Below, one piece after another: positions 36,501-48,463 of a DNA stretch of 64,000 nucleotides. How positions within the stretch are numbered: the first letter of the stretch is position 1; every line of letters begins with the position of its first letter. The position numbers were made by a program, and so were the translations under genes. The DNA comes from Saccostrea cucullata. Its lineage: Eukaryota. Location: the NCBI RefSeq assembly GCF_032062105.1, contig NW_026930434.1, forward strand, positions 62,001-126,000, in the 5' to 3' direction. A model generated the notes under the pieces. The model was not told where the DNA came from and did not search any database. It worked only from the letters and a program-made list of their open reading frames with translations.

Positions 36501-39500
36501 CACTGGAAGAAAAAATTCATAATTCGTGTCCGGTCCATATTTTTCTTATGGATAAACTTGGTAGCTTCTAATTTCACACAAAGATTGTTTATAACCTAAG
36601 GGTGTGACATGACCTTGACCCAAGGTCATTTGGGGAAGTTCAAGGTCACTGGAAGAAAAATTTCTGACTTTGTGTCCGGTCCATATCTTTCTTATGGATA
36701 AACTTGGTAGGTTGTCATTTCACACAAAGATTCCTCCTGACCTAAGGGTCTGTCATGACCTTGAACCAAGGTCATTTGGGGAAGTTCAAGGTCACTGGAG
36801 GAAAAATTTCATAATTCGTGTCTGGTCCATATCTTTCTTATGGATAAACTTGGTAGGTTCTAATTTCACACAAAGATTGCTCCTGACCTAAGGATGTGTC
36901 ATGACCTTGACCCAAGGTCATTTGGGGAAGTTCAAGGTCACTGGAAGAAAAATTTCAGAATTTGTGTCCGGTCCATATCTTTCTTATGGATAAACTTGGT
37001 GGGTTCTCATTTCACACAAAGATTCCTCCTGACCTAAGGATATGTCATGACCTTGGGTCAAGGTCATTTGGGGAAGTTCAAGGTCACTGGAAGAAAAATT
37101 TTATAATTTGTGTCCAGTCCATATCTTTCTTTATTATGGAAAAACTTGAATCTACTACTTCACACAAACATTGCTTATGACCTGAGGTTGTGTCATGACT
37201 TTGAACCAAGGTCATTTATGCAAGTTCAAGGTCACTGACAAAAAGTTCATAATTCGTGTCTGGTCCATAAATTTAGCATCGTCAGAAACCCATGGATGAT
37301 CTCATCTTTATTTATCACCCGTGGGCAAACTACCGGTAGCTGAAATATCGCCGTAAAATATGCCAATTTGTTGTTTTTAGTCAACCAATCAGAAAGATGT
37401 AACTCGTCAATTTTGAAAAATACGTTTATTACTTTGCTATTTATGGTAAATATTTTGACGCTCGTTGAAACGTGCGAAGTTTGATTTAAAACAATGAAAG
37501 TCAATTTGTACAGGTCACTAACATTAATATCCATCAGACATTATATCGGGGTACCTCTTTTTAGCTGCAAAATGCACTGGTGAGTGGATTTATCAGCTGT
37601 GTTAACTACGGAATGAGTTTTTCATGTTTTTGCAATGCAGAACATGCATATGTAATGTGAACTGTAATTCATTGTTTGGCATCGCGACTCTGTGAAGCAG
37701 CCAATCAAATGACCCATGCATATTTAATTACATACGACGATTTTTCGGCGAGTTTGCCCACGGGTGATAAGAAAAGACGAAATCACCCATGGGTTTCTGA
37801 CGATGTATATTAAGTCTATTTTCTTTTATTAGGCTGCGCCTTCATTTCATTTATAAAAAATGTAATGAGCAATTACATTTGCACTAAAAATGATTTAAAT
37901 CTTCTCTTAGATCCATAAAATATTCATGATTTAGCACTTCTGAAAAACCCAGCGGGGGGTATTTTGTCCCGTTTGGACAGTTCTAGTTATGTCTTGAACT
38001 CTTCCATTTATACATTTGCATTAGTAATTTCAGTCTCCTTTATATACAGTTTGATCCAGAGATAGTAAAAATAATATAATAGGAACGCTTTCTTGTCTTC
38101 ACAACTCCTACTTCTTTTCTTTGTATGATTGACCCGATTTGGCTGTCTCATGTTATGTACACAAGGGTTTGGAATTTTGATTTTAGCCTCTCTTAGAGTG
38201 CATGGTTTGAGGACTGAGCTGAATTAAACTATCAAACATAAATGATGAGGGTTGCATGGAACTTCTTTTGAATTGGTTGACTGAAATCAGTGCATTCATC
38301 ACAATATAAAAATGCTGGTTAAAATTTCTCTTTTTCTTGTATTCTCATGGAAATTTAAATAATTTTCATGATGGCCATTATTATGAGTTAAATATCCAGA
38401 TGTGTGAGCTAGAATAATCTACATCTTTATGGGAGTTACTTTACCACACAGAGTATGAACTGTGGTTAGCACTGGAAGGCAGCTCCCATGTCTCTGGGTT
38501 TTCTTTTTTTTTAACTTTATTTTACATAAGGATGTGAGAATTTTTGTCAGAAAGATTGTGAGGATGCACTCATCATTTAAAAAAATACAAAAGTAAAGGA
38601 ATTTTTTTTTTATTTTACATGTGTTCTATATTATTCATCATCTGTCAAAATTGTTTTACTAACATTTAACAAAATGATGTTTGGCATGATGAGGTGGAAG
38701 ATTATGCAGTTCTTGGAAACAGGGATAATACCACTAAATTAAATGAATTAACTTTTCGAACAAAAATATGATTTCTGCAGATTGCACATCAAATATTTTT
38801 ATGTATGTGTACCAGAGAACTTATAGCAAAATAAGATGTCCCTGTGTTTGGGTCAGGAATCTATATATGAAAACTTCCATATACTCTATGGAAGCTTGAT
38901 TTTGGTGTGTTTCAGATGGAATTTTAATATCCAGGATTTGAAAAAAAAAATCCTACCATGTTGAACCAATAATGAAGTGCTATGCATAACTTTTTTGTAT
39001 CATGGTGTACCTACAATTGACACATGTTCATTGAGTTCTCTTTGAAAGCTGTTATTACGCATTGTTTTCATGCACACACATTTTATTACTTTATAGAACA
39101 GAAAATTATTTTTAAGTTCTCTTAAAAATTTGTAGATTTGATGATGATGAAGCAGTTATTGGTATTAAAAACTTCTGTAAGTTTTTGTGGAAGATAGTTT
39201 ATATATGCTTCCTAGTTTGGGGATTTTTAGTTTACTGGGTTTTTTTTTATTACATGTATATACATGCACTAGCTTTGTTTTACACATTTGTAAGTTTGTA
39301 TTTTTGCTTAAATATTGATAATTATTAACACCTTTACATGCTTCTAATACTAATTTGTTTTCAAAGATTAAAAAGCTTTAAATAAAAGAATTGTTTTACT
39401 CACAAATTTGAAAGCTTCTGCTGTAAAACATTTCATCATGTAACATTTAAAACATGTAATAAGTATTTAATAATTACAAAATAAAAAAAATAATAATAAT

Positions 39501-40216
39501 ATTTTACCCCCAAAAAAGGAAAAGAAAAAAAAAAAAGAATTCTGGATCCTTTGACTCTAAACATAAAAAATATTCAAAAATTGGAAAATTTAGTAGTTAA
39601 GAGTAATAGTCCATTATAAGTTCAAATTTTAACGAGACGCAAATTTAGCGATTTGCCCTTGAAAATTGGTATTTTATTTTTAGCGATATATAATTTTAGC
39701 AATTTTAAAAAGCTCACCAAAGAATATATTAGATATAAAGCGCAATTAATTTTTAGCGATATTCAATTTAAGCGATCTTGGGAACCTCGCTAATAATGCC
39801 AAAAATAAATCCTCTCTAAAAATTCTGCTTATACGGTATTGATTAAATATGTGATTAGTATTTAGACACGATTACTAGGTGTATCAATTGCACGTGTACT
39901 AGGTATATACGTATATGTGTACCTTTTCACATACTTATAGATATTTGCACCAGGATGCATAATTAACCCCCCTCTCCCCTTTCCCTCCAGCTCTTAAAAT
40001 AAAATGTTTAAAAAGTTTTTGAGTTATTGCACTTGATTGAACTTTACTTTTAAATATATACAGGTACTTTAAATGAACTTTTTATTTTTGTGTACTAATT
40101 ATTTACTAATTTTTTTCACCATAAAATTAAAAGCATAACTGTTTTTACTTTATAAATTTGTTGTAAATTTCAGAGCTTCTGACATGATCAATGTGACTGC
40201 CAAAACTCCATTCTGA
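30585..40216 (+). CDS. TMEM30A: Cell cycle control protein 50A (P4-ATPase flippase beta subunit), 361 aa; exons 30585-30645, 31801-31934, 32711-32860, 33107-33317, 33641-33742, 34597-34815, 35064-35229, 40174-40216
   Basis: [88 protein letters not shown]; phases consistent. The last exon ([13 protein letters not shown]) is slightly less certain. Confidence 0.95.
31173..31699. mobile_element. Degenerate MITE in TMEM30A intron 1
   Basis: AGACATCCCAGCCCAA ... TTGATCGAGATGTCT ends; subterminal GACACCTCGGCCCAA-type repeats and inverted TTGGGCTGACCTGTC. Confidence 0.45.
36152..37988 (-). mobile_element. Helentron/HINE-like element with 7 x 146-bp satellite array, TMEM30A intron 7
   Basis: Sub-terminal IRs ATACCCCCCGC (36155) and GCGGGGGGTAT (~37951); GTCTGTCCGT microsatellite; GGTCCAT anchors at 36241, 36387, 36532, 36678, 36824, 36970, 37116 (AGTCCAT), 37262; CTAGTT end. 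Confidence 0.85.
37277..37805. mobile_element. MITE with ~55-bp TIRs nested in the 146-bp-array element
   Basis: CATCGTCAGAAACCCATGG...TTATCACCCGTGGGCAAACT / AGTTTGCCCACGGGTGATAA...CCATGGGTTTCTGACGATG; flanks TAAATTTAG / TATATTAAG (7/9, possible 9-bp TSD). Confidence 0.85.
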
Positions 40217-41532
40217 GAGTCAGGGAAAGTGAAAGTAAAGACTTGACCATAAACAAAGCAGGAGAAATCTTCTTTTATTATATCATGAAGGAACCCTGCT
40301 GAAATCTAAGAAGTGATATAACTGACTGAGAATAGAACAATTGAACATTTTCAGGGACTATGAATGTTAAACATTTTTATTCTTTGATCATAGAAGTGCT
40401 GATTTGAAAATGCTAAGTGTATATCAGGTTGCAAGATACTTTTCCTTATGTGTGAAGGTATAATTAAAAATAATAAGTACATGTACATGTATTTGAAATA
40501 GTGGATGTATTTATTGTGTCTATGTGTAATTTACTAAAATCATGCTATTGTGTAAATTATTATTGCATATATTGAAACCAAATGTTTAAAGCAAGAGTTC
40601 ATTAACAGTCAAACTTTGTTATCTCAAACTCAATGGGACCAAGGAAAAAAATTGAATTCAAGATATTGTTGGGGGGTGGGGGGTAAAATACTTGTAAAGA
40701 ATAAGTGGTTGGGACTTATAAATATATTCAGCATATTCATGGTTTTCAAGATATTGGTTGTTGAGATACCCAAGTTAAACTGTATATGTATTATGTCACA
40801 GTATGAGGCAATCTAAGAACATTTCCAACTGTATGAATTTCTGTTTTCATGTTCATTGTCTTATTACATTTATGAATGCATCATTCTGCTCTTATTTCTC
40901 ATTTATGTAAAATGTCTAACTCTTTTTTTCTAGTCATATATTTGTATACATTTTTTTCTTTCTTTTATCGTCTATTATCTACCAAGTAATACTTGTAGTA
41001 CACTGTTGAACTAAGAATTTTATTACTCAATTTCGTGTTTGATCATTAATGCATGTAACACTTAACAACCTTTGGTAATTGGCTCATTCATATTACCAGT
41101 AACAGTTTATTCAAATAGATATTAAAGAAAAGTGAGCTATAGGGTTTTAAAATATGATGCAGGTCCAGGAAAAAAAATTCAGTTACTATAAATAGAAGCA
41201 ATGTAAAATTTGCAACACTCTCATAAAGCCTAAAGCTTTTCTTAGAAATTTTCTAGAAATATTATTTGTGTTCAGAATGTTTTTTTTATGACTGAAATCC
41301 ATTGTCTGTGCATGGTGTTATTTTGAGGAAGAAATTCCTGGCTTTAAAGAAGCATTTGTATGCCATTGAATTTCTGATGTTTATTTGTAGTTGTAAGTAT
41401 GAGCTAGGCTCTAGTATACCAGCAAAAAGCTTAATTTTTTTTATATGTTTTCAAATGTAAGCATTCCATGATTGTTAAGATAAATTTTGTTCTAATGATT
41501 CTACACTCTACAATAAGGTATTGTAAAAAAAA

Positions 41533-42131
41533 TTATGCCCTTGTAATTGAAGATTCAGGGGTATAAAGTTTTTGTTGTGTCAATCTTTCTGTCTTTCTAT
41601 CTGCAGAAACTTTAACCTTCCCCATAACTTTTCATTAAGAGGAGCTATGAATATCAATTCCTTGTGACAAGACCTTTCTTTGAGTTCCACCAAATTTGAC
41701 CATTTGATCTTGACCTTGGAGTTTGACACACTTTACTTTTACACAAAAATTCCAAACTGTAACTTTGGTCATAACTTTTGAACAGTAGATACAAGGACTT
41801 TTATACTCTGTATATGTATTCTTTGTGATAAGCCCTTCCATTGGATACAAACAACTTTGACCTTGGGGATTAACATACTTTTAAAACAGATTAACCTTGG
41901 CCATAACTTTTGAACAGTAAATACAAGGACTTTCATACTTCATATGTATTGTTTGTGATAAGACCTTCCATTGGATACCAACAATTTTGACCCTTTGACC
42001 TTGGAGTTGACCTACTTTTAAAAAACAAACCTTGACTATAACATTTGAAGGGTAAGGACTAGGGCTTTAATACTTCACATATGTAATCCATGTGATAAGA
42101 CCTTTCATTGGATACCAACAACCTTGACCCT

Positions 42132-42169
<38 letters not shown>

Positions 42170-42475
42170 TCTTGGCCATAACTTTTGAAGGGTTAGGACT
42201 AAGGCTTTCATACTTCAAATATGTAACCCTTATAACAAGACCTTTCTTTAAAAACCAACAACTTGACCATGGAGTTTGACCTACCTTGTACAAAAACTTA
42301 TTATTGACCATAACTTTTGAACAGGTGTTGCTAGGGGCTTTCATAATTCACAATTGTATTTTTTTTTTTAAGAAGACCTTACTTTGGGTACCAACATATT
42401 GAATTTGCATTTAAGAAAAGTTTAATCTTCATTATATTGCCATACAGGGGCATCAGTCTTTCACAAACACATCTT
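41533..42475 (-). mobile_element. Helentron/HINE-like element (same family as 6729-8190), reverse orientation, downstream of the TMEM30A stop
   Basis: TTATGCCC...GGGGTATA end hairpin; units of CCATAACTTTTGAA...AAGACCTTTCATTGGATACC; head TTTCACAAACACATCTT. Confidence 0.8.
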
Positions 42476-45400
42476 TTTTTTAAAATTTATTTTATTTTTT
42501 TTTTTAATACTAGAATTTGGAATAACTTACCTTGAAATGGTCCAAGACCCACAGGTCAGTTTGCTGTTCAGTGTAACATCTGGCATGTATATTTAGAGTT
42601 AATAAAAAAAAGAAAAGAAATGGAAATATAGTTGACACATTTGTACAATGATTGAGATTCAGAGTTACATGTATGGTACGTTTGGATCGTAATTATTTAC
42701 ATAATTTGTTACAAGTGCAATGTTAAAAACCTGTTTGTATTATAATTGTGATTCTTTTAATTGATGTTGATGTGATAGATAGAATATTGTGATTTTTAAA
42801 AATTAAATTATAATTAATTTAAGTTTCTTCCATGCCTCTTGTAACAGTGTGTATATCTTAATTGTCTTGTTTGAAGCCTTGGTGTGAAGAGGGTCCTTTG
42901 ACAGTTCTGTAGATTCTAGTTAGTCGTAGTAATCTGATCCCTTTGTCAAGTTTCAGAACTCGGTAAAGGTGTATTATTTCAAAGCAGTAAGCCTACACTC
43001 AAAGATAGAGAGGGTTTATTTGTGTAAACAGTGACGTAGCATCATTTAAAAAAACAGATCAGAAAAGTTGTACTACTTCCAAACTCGCGAATCCTATTTA
43101 GTGTGTGTTGGAGGGGGGGGGGGGTCGAAACGAAATTTTCTTATTGCCTGACGTCACGGCGTCAGGCAGTATAAGGATTGATATTTACAAGATCCGAAAA
43201 TGTGCGGCCATATCTAAAGAGCTAGATTTTGTGCAAGCTGATTTACAATGGAATTCTTTACCTGCATTTTAAAAGAAACAGTTTTCAGAAAAAAGAAAGA
43301 TATTACTGATGCGAAATACTGCAGTGTTTACTTCCTTTAATTTTTTTTGCATGAAACAGATTATTCCATATGATTTGCCGTTTCAACATGTCCGTGTATC
43401 CTTTTTTTCTGCATTTCTATACTACTGGATCAGTCCATTTATATTCTACTAAAGGGGTGAATCGCTCTTTTCGCGCCAAATGTCACTAGTAAGCTATCTT
43501 CGCGCCTTTTCCTTGGATTGTTCTATTGTATGAATGGGTGTGCTAACTTCCATGGAATTAAATAAAGTTTGTCCTTTTAACTTCCTTCTAATGCTTCAGA
43601 AATTCTATCTACAAGTTTTACACCATTCTTTAAAACAACATATCGTATACATCAGTATACATGGTATATATATACACGTAACACTAAAGAAATGATGTTT
43701 CTAATTTGTTTACCGATCCCGCGGTTGGTTTATTCCATAAATGGACGAGTCCAATAATTATAAACAACGCAGTTCAAGCCATCGTCTCCAGATGCACGAT
43801 CTATTATATGTCTTTGTTCAGATGCACACGATAAATAAGAAAGTAGTGAATAATCTTGGATATTTCTTTCTACAAAGCTAACTATTAAATTTATTTATTT
43901 CATTCTCAATATATCATGTATTATATGATAGTGTCATCCCCCTCCCCTTTTAAGAAAAAAATAATGAACACACATTACTACTGTTTACTTCAGAGGAGAA
44001 AATACACTCCAACAAAATGTGTTTTTAATTATATCCATCTTTTAAAATGTTCACAATGCGTGATTTGATAACAGGTTTTATAATAGGTGTTACAATGTAG
44101 TTTGAAATCAATTTAGATCCAAGGGCAGATCACTCCACTTGCAGATCCCCCCCCTTCAACTACAAAGTTCTTTAGTATGCAGTGTAGAGATGATTCTTCT
44201 ACAAGTTCAGTAAAATCAAGATTTCAATTACATAAGGTTCTCAAAATATAAAGTTAGGATATTTTGAAACCCACAAAGTATTGCTCAAAAGGGTTATCAC
44301 TCTTCATGCAGATAAATTGATGTAGTCAGGCAAGCTTTTTAAAAAGCTGTTACTTGTGAAAAACACTAAATTTCCATTATTTGACTCTACTAGAACAGAA
44401 GGTGTGGGGGCGGACTTTCAATGACCTTTTTCTGTAGTAAAATATACAAAAAAAGTCATATGTCTGGAAAAAGTGGGGGACCTTGACCATCCCCCTCCCC
44501 GATACTATGTGCTTGGTAAATGTGGATGTAGGGGGTATGGAAGATTTTGTTTGATATGTTCAGTTTTATTATAAGGTTCCTTCTACTTTTAGGCTGCTTG
44601 ACAGAGAAATTTACGCATGTAGGCACATGCAACGTATTGTTTAGATACTTGCTGAATAATATTGGAATAGGATTGCGGTTTAACTGTATTTTCCCCATAA
44701 ATACAGCTAATTTAGGTCTTATTCATTTATTCAGAAAGTAGGCCAATAAAGAACTAATGACAAAACAAATGTAAGCAAAAATCATCTGTAGGTTTACTGT
44801 TTTTCATTTAAAAATAATAAGGGGGATAAAGGTGTGTAGATTAACTTGATCCTATAACCCAGATATAGGTTCTGTCGTTTGCTAGATCATATCATGTACG
44901 ACTGCAATCTGAAACAATTGAGCTTTGGTGTACAATGATGTATACATTTAAAATTCCCTTAAGTAACGGGCCTTTGTACTTGTTGAAGCTTATTTTGACT
45001 GCTGCAGTTGGTGGAGCATTGTCCACTGGGCGAAGTTGTGAAAGATGTCACAATTACCACTAATTACAGACTAAATATTGACAAAATACCTGAATGATTA
45101 CAAAAGAATATACGTCTAAATGCCAGAGCATAGCAATACATGTCAAAATGAGTAGATAGAAATCTGGTGATTCGAAAGGGATTCGGAGATACTGTGTACA
45201 AAATATTTTTTTCACGTGTCGCACTGCTATAAATTAAAATTTTGGAAAGGTTAGAAGTTAAAACATAGATCATGACCAGTGAATCGTTTAAATCTATTGG
45301 AATATAAGATTGAACTATTAAAACGGCTTGTTTGAATTAAATATTCACAAGAGCAGGATCTGATACCTGTTGATTACAAGTTCAAGCACGTGTAAAAATA

Positions 45401-45708
45401 CCTGGTGTCAGCTGTTAATTTAAGGTTTCAGGTTTGGATATGATGGAAGGTTGACACGAACACGGGGTCGACAAAAACTTGATGTCGAATAACCGTGATA
45501 CTGCAGCGGAAAGGGGATCTCTTCGGTCCCCCAAGTCTATTGTGGCTCAATGGATATCATGTTCATCACCGTGCTCAGATTAAGTTTTGATCATCTTTTA
45601 AAGTTCAAACTACCTCAATCTGGAATATTTGGCAATGGTATGTGACCAGTTATGATATGAACAATTAATTACTCTACTAAAACACAAACGTCAACTAAGC
45701 GGTTTGGC

Positions 45709-48463
45709 ATGGCTTATGTTATAAATATTCAAGACGAAAAAGAAATGGCTGCGCAGTATCATATAAGTAACAACTCGACAAAATCGTCTTGCTCTCAGAA
45801 CGGCTACACCCAAGGACACCATTCAAAGGCCTCCGACTCCAGCCTCGGGTTATGGGAGATTTTTAATCCATATTTTCTTCATCAATGGATGCCTTATTTT
45901 TTATTTGTGGAACTAACGTTCATGTATTGTGTGGGGTGTTTCATAGCTTTTCCACATCTCTATCCAGAAACCGCCTACATACATCAGGTGATAGGGACCT
46001 TTTTGGCTTACCAGTTAATCGTCAACTGGTGGTTTATCCATGTGACAGACTCCAGCTTCAATGATTCAGGGTATCCACAGGAAAAACTGGCCCTAGGGCC
46101 TTATCCATTCAAGGTAGTCTGTTTTTTTGTTTTTTTGTCTTTATTTATTTAAACAGCAAATGTATTATCGTAAAATCAAATAAGAATATCAAAAATTAGT
46201 TGATATTATAATGTTTTAATGTTATTTGTAAATTACAAGTGTTGGAGATGGGGGGGGGGGGGGGGGGGGGGGTTCGCTTACGACAATGAGTCGTCTCGGT
46301 ATGCAAAACTATACATGCCGATTAATTAATTATGACAACTGAAAGCCACACTAATTAGTACAATGTTCCTGCATCTCAAAACAGCACTCACACAATGCTG
46401 TTTTTTTTCTCTATATGTTATATTCAAATAAGTTGTTAAAACTAATAAATCAATACACGATGACTTTTATACTGTCCATCTAACACTGCATTTAAAAAGA
46501 GTAAGGATTACCCCCCCCCCCCCCCCCCCCCCCCCCCGTGAATATAGGGTTCAAAAATTGAAGTTTCAGTTTCACTGTAGTAGTTGCTGATAATTCAAGC
46601 ATTAAAGCAGGGGTTATAGATTATGATTTCTTCGTAATTGGTCAAAAAAAATAATAATGTGCCTTTGTGCATCCTTGTGATTGTTTTGCAAATAAATCTT
46701 TCATTTAAGGTATTCAATGTATAACGACCATATTTGTACCTAATAAATGAATGGTCCGATATTGTTATTCATGGTTAGGTAGCATTTTGAAGATGTTATC
46801 AAATAAAAATGCTCCACCACTGGAACTTACAAAATTTTGATTATTGTTCAATTAATTTCACATTGGATTTTACATTGAAGTCTATGGGCAGCGCATGTTT
46901 TTATAAGATATTGTGAAAAGTAATTTGAATTTCAAACAAACCTTTTGGTGAAAATTTGCATAAACTCCCTCTTTATTAAATTATGAAATAAAAGGAATTA
47001 TTTACCGCAGAAATTTTAAGAAATCAAAAATTTTCTTCTTTTAATCAAGGGCAGATAACTTTTCAAAAACTTTTAATGTGCAAAATGACCATCTCCTTAC
47101 ATGCTAATCAGTCTTGTGAATCTGGTTCATGTCATAATTGTCCTAATTATTGATAGAATAACAAAATCTATCTGAATTGTCAATACATGTATCAAGTTTG
47201 CTAATTATTCCTTAATAAAATCTTGATTTTCAGACTTTTATTCGTTACCCCTAGCTCAACAATTAATAAGTATATATCAGAAAAAAAATCACCGTACATG
47301 ATACGGATGCATTATTAATTCAAATCTATTTCCCGTTGAAAGATACTGCATTAGATGTTAGGGCTAGCTCTCAGAAAGTTGTATAGAGATTTAACATAAA
47401 GTATACTTTAATGTTAGATGAAATATTAAGGAAAATTTTGATGTAATTGAGATTTAATTTTTCACCTTCATGTTTGTTGCGCTATGGGCTTATCTCTCGT
47501 CATGTTCACCCATCTCCTAATTGTCTATATATTTGTGTTTACCCATTCAACTCTTCATACACTTTTCAACAATCCTGAAACTAAGTCAGTATGTTTTAAA
47601 TCTGGACCCCCTCTCTTTACGTCCATGATCATTTAAAGAGTACTAGTATTCTCCCCCTACCCCACTCCCCTTAAAAAAATTGCTCTTTGCATTTGAGCAA
47701 AATCCTAAATCCGCTCCTGGCATGCATCTATCAATTATTGACAAAAGCTTCATTTTTTTTTTAATTGCAGGTACCAGAGATAGTGCAGCAAAATAAACTA
47801 GTTCCAATCATAGACGCCCACATTAAAGCAGCGCGCTATCCCTACTGGCAGTGGGCGCCGTGTCTTGCCTGTGAACGATGGCGCCCACCTCGCTGTCACC
47901 ACTGTAAACTCTGTGGAAAATGTATCCTAAAGCGAGACCACCACTGCTTCTTCGCACGAAACTGTGTGGGGCTTAAAAACTTACGATATTTCATTGTGTT
48001 CCTATTTTACGCGTGCATTACTAGTGTCTTTACCATTTACCACGGTGCAAAATATCTCTTTACGTTTTATTGGCCCGAAATGTCGTATCTTGATCTCGTA
48101 CCACTTCTTTCTTTTCTGAGATCTATCTTAGGATCCAACACGACACTGTCACAGGTCGGGATCATGATTATTATGGCGTACGGTTTGCTTGGGTTAACAT
48201 TTTTATGTTTTATGCATTTTATAGATGCAGGCGTATCGGTTGTGAAGGGCAATACGGCGTTTGAGATCGAAAATAACATCGATGTCAAAGATCCACGGAA
48301 ATTAACAGGAAAACTCCGGTCTGTGTTTGGACAACACTGGCAGTTTGCTTTTGTATTGCCCACCCCTTACTTTCTTAGTCCGTCCATAGAAGACCCATAT
48401 CACTGGGGTTCCCTGATCCCACCCAAAAAGAGAAACCCCGTCATTCAGTTGATAGAACCTTGA
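45709..48463 (+). CDS. ZDHHC22: DHHC palmitoyltransferase, ZDHHC22-like, ~365 aa; exons 45709-46113 and 47771-48463
   Basis: CLACERWRPPRCHHCKLCGKCILKRDHHCFFARNCVGLKNLRYF DHHC cysteine-rich domain; two TM segments before and two after; phase-0 intron AAG|GTAGT...TTGCAG|GTA. The start could be the ATG at 45745; subfamily assignment (22 vs 24-like) is from motif recall. Confidence 0.85.

Noticed and set aside
36241-37262. CRISPR-like array
   Set aside because: Whole 146-bp units are repeated with no unique spacers, there are no cas genes, and the context is a eukaryotic intron; it is a TE-borne satellite.
46704-47411. Kolobok-like element in the ZDHHC22 intron
   Set aside because: TTAA-flanked ends match only weakly; TIRs could not be established.
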